A DNA stretch of 41,519 nucleotides. Source: Longimicrobium sp. Lineage in GTDB: Bacteria; Gemmatimonadota; Gemmatimonadetes; Longimicrobiales; Longimicrobiaceae. Location: the NCBI GenBank assembly GCA_035630095.1, contig DASQLJ010000533.1, forward strand, positions 1 through 41,519, written 5' to 3'. Numbering within the stretch: position 1 is the first letter of the stretch; each line of letters begins with the position of its first letter. Shown here piece after piece: positions 34,762-41,519 of this stretch. The translations under genes were made by a program, and so were the position numbers. The notes under the pieces were generated by a model. That model ran no database searches. It was given only the letters and a program-made list of their open reading frames with translations, and had not been told where the DNA came from.

Positions 34762-35816
34762 GGGATCCTCCTCACGGCCGTGCCGTCGCCCAGGTACGCC
34801 ACGCCGTCGGTGACCACCGCGCCCACGCCGTCCAGCCCCGTCACCGCCACCCGCCCGTCCACGATGGAGGCGACGGTCACGTTGATCCGCCGCGCCTTCT
34901 TCCCGTCCGCCGAGAGGGCGAAGACGATGGCGCTGTCGCCGTCCGCCTCGATCACCGCCTCCAGCGGCACGGTGGGAAGCCGGCGCGCGCCCGCGGGGGC
35001 GATCTCCACCCGCCCGATCAGCCCGGACGCCAGCGCCTGTCCGTTTGGATCGACCCGCACCTCCACCTCGTACGTCCCCGTCCCCGCGGAGGAAGCGGCC
35101 GCCACCTCGGTCACCGTCCCGCCGAAGGTCTGCCCGGGGAAGGCGTCCAGCGTCACGCGGGCGATGTCGCCGCGGCGCACGCGCACCGCGTCGCGGTCGG
35201 CCAGGCCGACGCGCAGCACGCTCCCGCCGCCGCTGGAGCCCAGCGTGAGCACCGCCGACCCCGGCGACGCCAGCTCACCCTCGTCCGCCGCGCGGCGCAG
35301 CACCGTGCCGTCGGACGGCGCGACGATGCGCGCGTAGCGCCGGTTGAAGGCGGCGATGCGCAGCTCGGCCTGCGCAGCCTGGGCGCCGCTGGCGGCGTTC
35401 TGCACCTGCTCCAGCGTGGCCACGCTGTCGGCGTAGAGCGCGCGGGCGCGGGCCAGGTCGCGGGCGGCCTTGTCGGCGCCGGTGCGGGCACGCGACACCT
35501 GCGCGTCGATCTCGCCGGGGTCGAGGGTGGCCAGGAACTGCCCGGCGCGCACCGTCTCCCCCTCGTCCACGTAGATGCGGCTGATCACCCCGCCGATCTT
35601 GAAGGAGAGCTGCGCCTCCTCCTTGGACGCCAGGACACCGGTGGCGCGGATCGCCTCGGTCACGTCGGTCTGCAGCACCGGCGCGGTGCGCACGGGCACC
35701 ACGTCGGCGGCGGGGGCGGTCTCGGCGCTGGCGTCGGCGCCGCACGCGGCGGCCAGCACCAGCAGCGGAACCGCGAGCGGGCGCCTCGCGCGCCGGGAGA
35801 TCGTCATCGTCGTCAT
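34758..35816 (-). CDS. RND periplasmic adaptor (membrane fusion protein), lipoprotein
   Basis: LAAAC lipobox; FKIGG.I..I.VDEGE.V..GQ.LA.LD; IVAPSDG; GAGGAGG RBS. Confidence 0.92.
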   Translation of the reverse strand: MTTMTISRRARRPLAVPLLVLAAACGADASAETAPAADVVPVRTAPVLQTDVTEAIRATGVLASKEEAQLSFKIGGVISRIYVDEGETVRAGQFLATLDPGEIDAQVSRARTGADKAARDLARARALYADSVATLEQVQNAASGAQAAQAELRIAAFNRRYARIVAPSDGTVLRRAADEGELASPGSAVLTLGSSGGGSVLRVGLADRDAVRVRRGDIARVTLDAFPGQTFGGTVTEVAAASSAGTGTYEVEVRVDPNGQALASGLIGRVEIAPAGARRLPTVPLEAVIEADGDSAIVFALSADGKKARRINVTVASIVDGRVAVTGLDGVGAVVTDGVAYLGDGTAVRRIP

Positions 35817-35959
35817 CGTCATCCTCCTCGTATGTCTCGCTCGGTTGAACCGCGGCGGTATCGGGTACAGCATCGGCGACGTCATCGGGCATCGGGTGCG
35901 ATCAAGGGCATCCAGCACGCGTGTGCGACGTGGCAGCGCATGCATCCCCGTGGGAATTT

Positions 35960-36109
35960 GCGAGTGAACTCGCGGCTACAAGGGCACGCAGTCCGCCTTC
36001 GCGGACTTCAACGGCGTCCGTGGACGATTCGTGTGGTCCCGCACCACCGCCGCGGCTGCAACCTCTCCCGGACGGGAGAGGGGGACGGCCTGGGCCGGCC
36101 GGAGAGGGC
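35960..36109. repeat. Repeat cluster: family C (inverted, 35960-36007) + family B (36061-36109)
   Basis: Reverse complement gives AGTCCGCGAAGGCGGACTGCGTGCCCTTGTAGCCGCGAGTTCACTCGC; then ACCTCTCCCGGACGGGAGAGG...GGAGAGGGC. Confidence 0.7.
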
Positions 36110-36140
36110 GCGGCGCCGCGGCGTGCCCGGTCACCGGAGA

Positions 36141-37520
36141 TCACGGCGCCCCCTCCGCACCCGTCGCATCCACAACATCCCCCAGCTCCCTCAGCGCGGC
36201 GGCGCGCTCCAGCTCCACGTAGCGCAGGGCGTACTCGTAGCCGGTGAGGATGCGGTTGAGCTGGGCGTTGGTGAACGCGGTGCGGGCGTCCACCAGCTCG
36301 ATCTGCGGGGCGATCCCTTCCTGCCAGCGGCGGGTGACCAGCTCGAAGGTCCTGCGGGCGGCGGCGAGCCTCGCGTCGGCCGTCTCGATGGCGCCGCGGG
36401 CGACCACGGCGGCCTGGTACGCCTGCCGCACCTGCATCTCGATGCGGCGCTCGGCCTCGGTGCGGCCGGTGCGCGCCTGCTCGGTGGCCAGCGTGGCGAT
36501 CCGCCGGCGCGCGGCGTCCTGCCCGCCGTTGAACACGTTCCACGAGAACACCAGCGACGCCATCGCGAAGTCGTGGTTCGCGTCGAACTGGTAGCGGTCG
36601 CCCTGGAAGCCGTAGTCCAGCGCCAGCGACACGCCGGGGAGGTAGGCGGCGCGCGCCAGGCCGCGCTGCGCCTCGGCGGCCTGGATGGCGTGGCCGGCCT
36701 GCGCCAGTTCCTCGCGGCCGGCGCGGGCGCGGGCCAGCGCCTCGTCCACCGTCACCGTGAGCGGGAACGCCAGGAGCGAGTCGGCCACGAGCTGCACGGC
36801 GGTCTCGTCCGGCCGGTCCAGGAGAAAGTTGAAGTAGCGGCGGGCGGCGTCGCGGAGCTGCCCGGCCTCGGCCAGGCGCTGCTCCGTCTCCTTCTCCTCG
36901 GCGCGGGCGCGGTAGACGATCTCGCTGGTCGCCCGGCCGTTGCGCAGCAGGCTCTCGCTCACCCGGAGGTTCTCGGCGAGCAGCGGCAGCGTGTTGCGGT
37001 AGAGCTCCACCACGCGCTCGGCCCGGGCCAGGTTGAGGTAGGCGGTCTGCACGTCGGCGGCGAGCTGGCGGGCGCCGGCCCGGGTGCCCTGGCGCTGCGC
37101 GTCGCGCAGGGAGCGCTGGATGCGGTGGTTCTGGCGCACGGCGGGCTGGAAGACGGGCTGCGTGACCCGCAGCCGCGTCTCCTGCGCGTAGGGTAGCCGC
37201 GCGTTCACGTTGGTGGGGAACTGCGTGGTCTGCATGAGCTGGTTCAGCGCCGCGTAGGCGGGGTTCACCAGGTCGCCGATGTTCATCCCCCCCGCCGTCT
37301 GCGAGTAGCGCGAGTCCACCGTCACGCTGGGCAGGTACATCCCGCGCGCCTGGCGCACGGCGGCCTCGGCGCGGCCGGCCTCCAGCCGCTGCTGCGCCAG
37401 CCCCAGGTTCGCGCGCAGCCCCTCGCGCACGTAGGCGCCCAGCGGGTCCTGCGCCCGGGCACTCCCCGAAACCAGCAGCGACGCGGCCACCGCCGCCGCG
37501 ATCCTCATCCGCTTCGTCAT
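36141..37520 (-). CDS. TolC-family outer membrane efflux protein
   Basis: Signal peptide; two OEP repeats (YLPSV/YLPGV, WNVFNGG); located in the RND operon. Confidence 0.92.
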   Translation of the reverse strand: MTKRMRIAAAVAASLLVSGSARAQDPLGAYVREGLRANLGLAQQRLEAGRAEAAVRQARGMYLPSVTVDSRYSQTAGGMNIGDLVNPAYAALNQLMQTTQFPTNVNARLPYAQETRLRVTQPVFQPAVRQNHRIQRSLRDAQRQGTRAGARQLAADVQTAYLNLARAERVVELYRNTLPLLAENLRVSESLLRNGRATSEIVYRARAEEKETEQRLAEAGQLRDAARRYFNFLLDRPDETAVQLVADSLLAFPLTVTVDEALARARAGREELAQAGHAIQAAEAQRGLARAAYLPGVSLALDYGFQGDRYQFDANHDFAMASLVFSWNVFNGGQDAARRRIATLATEQARTGRTEAERRIEMQVRQAYQAAVVARGAIETADARLAAARRTFELVTRRWQEGIAPQIELVDARTAFTNAQLNRILTGYEYALRYVELERAAALRELGDVVDATGAEGAP

Positions 37521-37585
37521 CCTCGCATCCCTCGCTTCCAGGTGTCCGCGCCCGGCGGCGTCCGCCGGCCCCTAAGTCGTTGACG

Positions 37586-37616
37586 TTTACTGCGTTATCG
37601 TACGTAACACTGTTAA
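37586..37616. promoter_or_regulatory. Candidate TetR operator sites upstream of tolC
   Basis: GTAAC-ACT-GTTAA (37604-16) and degenerate TTTAC-TGC-GTTAT (37586-98); same motif upstream of tetR. Confidence 0.65.
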
Positions 37617-37658
37617 GTGCATGGGCAACGAAAAGCGGGATCGCCGCCGGCCTGGATC

Positions 37659-38303
37659 TCAGGCCGGCACCGGATCCCGCACGATGGAACGGAACATCAG
37701 GTCGATCATCATCCCCACCGACTCCTGCTCGTCCGCCCAGTCGATCCAGTGGTCGTGGCACTTGGCGATGCGCAGCGACACCACGCCGTGCACGCCCGCC
37801 CACACCAGCTGCGCGAGCTGCTCGGGGCTGCCGCACAGCTCGGGGCGGAAGCACCCCTGCTCGCACCCGTCGCGGACGGTCTGCACCAGGAAGGCGTAGG
37901 CGTCTTCCTCGGGGTTGCCGTGCTGCGCCTGCTGCAGCTCGTTCAGGTCCACGGGCGGCCGCGGGGTCATGAACATCAGCCGGTAGTGGTTGGGCTTCTC
38001 GCGCGCGAACTGCCCGTACAGCTGCCCCACCTGCCGCAGCCGCTCGACCGGGTCGCCCACCCGCGCGATCTGGCGGAACACGCCGGCCAGCGACATGAAG
38101 TCGCCGTGGCAGAGCTCCTGGAAGAGCGCGTCCTTGTCGCGGAAGTGCAGGTAGATGGCCGTGGGCGAGTACTCGATGCGGTCGGCGATCATCCGCATGC
38201 TCACGGCCTCGTACCCCTTCTCCACGAACAGCTCGCGCGCCGCGTTCAGGATCTTGTCGCGCAGCGCCAGCTTCTCGCGCTCCCTCCGCTCCTTCGTTCC
38301 CAC
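37659..38303 (-). CDS. TetR/AcrR-family transcriptional regulator
   Basis: ILNAARELFVEKGYEAVSMRMIA..IEYSPTAIYLHFRDK; C-terminal WAGVHG (WHG-type). Confidence 0.95.
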   Translation of the reverse strand: MGTKERREREKLALRDKILNAARELFVEKGYEAVSMRMIADRIEYSPTAIYLHFRDKDALFQELCHGDFMSLAGVFRQIARVGDPVERLRQVGQLYGQFAREKPNHYRLMFMTPRPPVDLNELQQAQHGNPEEDAYAFLVQTVRDGCEQGCFRPELCGSPEQLAQLVWAGVHGVVSLRIAKCHDHWIDWADEQESVGMMIDLMFRSIVRDPVPA

Positions 38304-38342
38304 GCTTCGCCTCGTCTCGGGTGATGAACGACCGTCGTATAG

Positions 38343-38355
38343 TTAACGGTGTTAA
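38343..38355. promoter_or_regulatory. Candidate TetR autoregulatory operator
   Basis: Perfect TTAAC-GGT-GTTAA palindrome just downstream of a minus-strand TTGACG -35-like hexamer (38363-68). Confidence 0.7.
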
Positions 38356-38488
38356 GTAGAGACGTCAAGGAGGATGATTTCGGCGCCGGGATCGACAAAG
38401 GCGAGGTTCAGCGTTCACGATGATCGGCTGGTTCACACCGGCCGAGTCCGATTGCAGTCCCGGACTGCCGTGACGGCTGCGGCGCCGC

Positions 38489-38565
38489 GCCCTCTCCGGC
38501 TCGCTGGGGCTCGCCACCTCTCCCGTTCCGGAAGAGGTGGGCGCCCTAAGGCGACCGGAGAGGGC
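38489..38565. repeat. REP-like repeat family B, complete copy
   Basis: GCCCTCTCCGG...CCGGAGAGGGC outer inverted repeat enclosing the ACCTCTCCCG/GAAGAGGT hairpin; matches 680-729. Confidence 0.8.
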
Positions 38566-38811
38566 CCCAGCGCCGCCGCATTCACGTCCCTCGCCCACTA
38601 CCGCGACCTTACGTCGTTCTCCCACCCTAATCCTCCCCTAACCCCCATCCGGACCTCCCCCAACGGAACCGGGTATTCCCTGTATCTTCTGCAACGACAA
38701 TCAGTTACAGATCACCCTCACAACCGCGGATCTGCACCACCGCTGGCAGGCGACGCGCCTGGGCCAGGGTGACACCAAGCCGACCAACCGACGCACCGAA
38801 GGTATAGAGCC

Positions 38812-40098
38812 ATGCACTACCGCACCGAACGTCCCCGCGCCCGAGCCGTGATGGTCGCCGTCACCGGCGGCCTGCTGGCGTACGGCGCGGCCCTCTCCAG
38901 CAGCACCCGGGCGGGCGCCAGCGTGGACCCGCAGGGCGTCGCTCGGCAGCTCGTCCGCACCGCCGCCACCACGACGGCCGACGCGGCCGCTTCGCGGGTG
39001 GTGCGCAGCGTCGCCAGCCTCAAGCTCTCCAAGCTGTCGCAGGCCGAGGCGGCGATCCTGGCGCAGGTGAACGCCGGGTCGATCCCCGGCGGCGCGCTGG
39101 CCGTGGGGCGGCAGGACCTGAGCGTGCTGGAGAAGGGCGTGGGCCGCGTGGGCTGGACGCGCGGCGCCGAGAAGGTCGATCCGCGGCGCACCGTGTACGA
39201 CCTGGCCTCGCTCACCAAGGTGGTGGCCACCACGCCGGCGGTGATGCTGCTGGTGGAAGACGGCAGGATGGAGCTGGACGCGCCCGTCTCGCGCTACCTC
39301 CCCGAGTTCACGGGCGGCGCCAGGGACCGCGTCACCATCCGCCACCTGCTCACGCACACGGCTGGCTTCCCCGCGGGTGTCCAGCTCTCCTCCGGCTCGG
39401 TCGAGGCGACCTGGCAGCAGCTCATCCACACGCCGCTGGTGCGCGCGCCGGGCGAGGCGGTGGAGTACAGCGACGTGGGGATGAACGTGCTCTTCGCCGC
39501 GGCCCAGCGCGCCGCGGGCGAGCCGCTCTTCAGCCTCCTCGACCGCCGCGTCTACGGCCCGCTGAAGATGCGCTCCACCACGTACCTGCCGGGCGAGGGC
39601 TGCCCCACCTGCGCGCCCACCCTGCGCGTGGACGGCGAGCCGGTGCGCGGCCTGGTGCACGACCCGGTCGCCCGCGCGCTGGGCGGCGTGGCGGGGAGCG
39701 CGGGGATCTTCTCCACCGCCCACGACATCGGCCGCTTCGCCGCGATGATGGCCAACGGCGGCGAACTCGACGGCGTGCGGGTGTTCAGCGCCGAGACGGT
39801 GAAGCGCTTCACCACCCGCCAGCCCGACGCCGGCACGCGCACCCTGGGGTGGGACACGCCGGGCCGCAACGGCAGCGGCGGGTTCGGGACCAGGGCGAGC
39901 GAGGCGTCGTTCGGCCACACCGGCTTCACGGGCACGTCCATCTGGGTCGATCCGCAGCGCCACACCTGGACGGTGCTGCTCACCAACCGCGTGTACGAGC
40001 CGCAGGGGCCCAACCGGATCATGGCCCTGCGCCGCAGCGTGAACGACCGCGTCGCCATCGCCGCCGACGACTTCGACATCCAGCGGGCGGCGGAGTAG
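38812..40098 (+). CDS. Serine hydrolase, beta-lactamase (class C/AmiE-like) family, secreted
   Basis: SxxK (ASLTK), LLTHTAG, YSD, VHDP, FGHTGFTG, LTNR. Confidence 0.9.
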   Translation: MHYRTERPRARAVMVAVTGGLLAYGAALSSSTRAGASVDPQGVARQLVRTAATTTADAAASRVVRSVASLKLSKLSQAEAAILAQVNAGSIPGGALAVGRQDLSVLEKGVGRVGWTRGAEKVDPRRTVYDLASLTKVVATTPAVMLLVEDGRMELDAPVSRYLPEFTGGARDRVTIRHLLTHTAGFPAGVQLSSGSVEATWQQLIHTPLVRAPGEAVEYSDVGMNVLFAAAQRAAGEPLFSLLDRRVYGPLKMRSTTYLPGEGCPTCAPTLRVDGEPVRGLVHDPVARALGGVAGSAGIFSTAHDIGRFAAMMANGGELDGVRVFSAETVKRFTTRQPDAGTRTLGWDTPGRNGSGGFGTRASEASFGHTGFTGTSIWVDPQRHTWTVLLTNRVYEPQGPNRIMALRRSVNDRVAIAADDFDIQRAAE

Positions 40099-40141
40099 CG
40101 GGAAATACGGACTTGGGCGTGTTGCGCGCTTAGACGCGCAA

Positions 40142-40564
40142 CCGGGCTGCGCGCGCGGTAGGCAACGATACGACCGTTGCCAACCGCGCCGGGCCCACGG
40201 CGGCCCGCCCGTGCGTCGTCTCGATCCGAGATGACGGCGTGGGCGGGCCGCCGCGTTCCCGGCCCTCCGGGCGCGCATCCCTCACGCATCGCTCGCCCCC
40301 GCCACTCCGCTTTTCGCCCGCCGATCACCGCGGCTGAGCCTCGGCCAGTCACGAGCACCATGCGAAGAGCCCGGCGGCGGTGAGGTGGAAGGCGGCTGAA
40401 GCCGCAAGCTAAAACAATGGGAAGCCTCGCAAACTGCGCGAGGCTGCGGCCGCGGCATCGCGGCGGCTCAATGGCATTGCCGCGCACCGAAATCGCGGCC
40501 GCGCGAGCGCCGGTAGTCCGCGAAGGCGGACTTCGTGTCGTTGTTGGCGCGAATTCATTCGCCC
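40142..40564. repeat. Mosaic of repeat families D (40142-40288), E (40392-40445) and C (40515-40564)
   Basis: Each module matches a copy elsewhere in the window. Confidence 0.8.
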
Positions 40565-40712
40565 TTGGTCCTCCTCGCGCCGACACCCTCCCCTCTCGCC
40601 CGGACGACCCCCTGCGGTCCGCCTGTTATCCTGCCCCGCGACCCTACAAACCCGCCTCTGGTACGTCCCCTGCGCGTCTCCGTTGCGGACCCACCCCGCA
40701 CCGCCGGCGACC

Positions 40713-41438
40713 GTGAAATTTCCGTCGATCCGCAACCCGTTTCGCACGCTGGGCGGCCCCCCGCCCGACGGCCGGCTTCCGCGCGCGATGCGCCGGCTGC
40801 CGCTGGTGGAAGAGCGCGCGCCGGAGCCCGGCCGCACCTTCGCCTTCATCTTCACGGGGGACGGGAACTGGGCGCTGCTGGTGCGCGAGCTCGCCAGGGA
40901 GCTGGCGAAAGGCGGGATCTCGAGCGTGGGCCTCAAGGCGCGCACCTACCTCCTTCGCCGCCGCCGCCCGGACGACGTGGCGCGGCACGTGGAGCGGGTG
41001 CTGCGGCACTACCTCGCGGCGTGGGGGCAGGACACCGTGGTCCTCGTCGGCCTGTCGCGCGGCGCCGACCTGCTGCCCTTCGTGGTGCGCAGGCTGCCGG
41101 ACGACCTGCGCGCGCGGGTGCGCCTGCTCGCGCTCTTCTCCGCCGGCACCACGACCAACTTCCGCTTCCACTGGGGCGATCTGCTCGGCTTCCAGGAGCG
41201 CGCGGGCGACGTGCCCGTGCTGCCGGAGCTGGAGGCGGTCCGCGGGAGCATCCCCATCCTCTGCGTCAACGGCCGCCACGACGCGCAGGCGCTCGGTCCC
41301 GCGCTCCCCGCCGGCCTCGGCGAGTACGTCGAGCTTGACGACGCCGGCCACAACCTCGCCCGCGACCACCTCCTCGCCGCCGAGCTCATCCTCAGCCGCA
41401 TCGGCGGTGAGGCGGGCACCGGGCGAGCATCCGCCTGA
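40713..41438 (+). CDS. AcvB/VirJ-family alpha/beta hydrolase (aminoacyl-phosphatidylglycerol hydrolase-like)
   Basis: FIFTGDGNW (cf. SGDGGW), nucleophile elbow VGLSRGAD, C-terminal GH. Start at 40713 or 40788. Confidence 0.75.
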   Translation: MKFPSIRNPFRTLGGPPPDGRLPRAMRRLPLVEERAPEPGRTFAFIFTGDGNWALLVRELARELAKGGISSVGLKARTYLLRRRRPDDVARHVERVLRHYLAAWGQDTVVLVGLSRGADLLPFVVRRLPDDLRARVRLLALFSAGTTTNFRFHWGDLLGFQERAGDVPVLPELEAVRGSIPILCVNGRHDAQALGPALPAGLGEYVELDDAGHNLARDHLLAAELILSRIGGEAGTGRASA

Positions 41439-41519
41439 CGGCCTCGTCCCGCCGCGGTCAGCGGCTGCGGGGCGGCAACACGGGGGCGAAGGGCGGTTCG
41501 TTCTCGTAGTCGACGACCG

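Noticed and set aside
35802-35822. Short (GTCATC/GTC)n microsatellite-like run
   Set aside because: It simply encodes MTMTTMT at the adaptor N-terminus; no evidence of phase variation.

Overview
High-GC bacterial DNA, most consistent with a Gemmatimonadota/Longimicrobium-like genome (inferred from gene content and intergenic repeat families). It is mostly housekeeping and envelope genes: FAD/Fe-S oxidoreductase, DPP-III peptidase, ligase plus associated exonuclease, LytS/LytTR pair, TetR-TolC-MFP-RND efflux, serine hydrolase, VirJ-like protein, and GH25 and GH73 peptidoglycan hydrolases. REP-like palindromic repeats fill many intergenic gaps. The standout is a three-gene, lower-GC cassette present twice in diverged form about 12 kb apart (about 4584-8525 and about 20810-24880). 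Each copy has a divergent XRE-HTH regulator, a ~138 aa putative winged-helix protein (YwgA/SocA-Panacea-like) and a ~900 aa SAMHD1/dGTPase-like HD phosphohydrolase fused to a C-terminal PRTase-like domain. This is a candidate nucleotide-targeting anti-phage or toxin-antitoxin system. Between the two copies lie a DUF4365 nuclease-like gene pair, a truncated DUF3800 gene followed by a structured-RNA candidate, and an Lgt-like gene coupled to a tetraether-synthase(Tes)-like radical SAM gene. No tRNA, rRNA, CRISPR array, integrase or transposase was recognised. All family assignments come from motif recognition by eye; no database searches were run.
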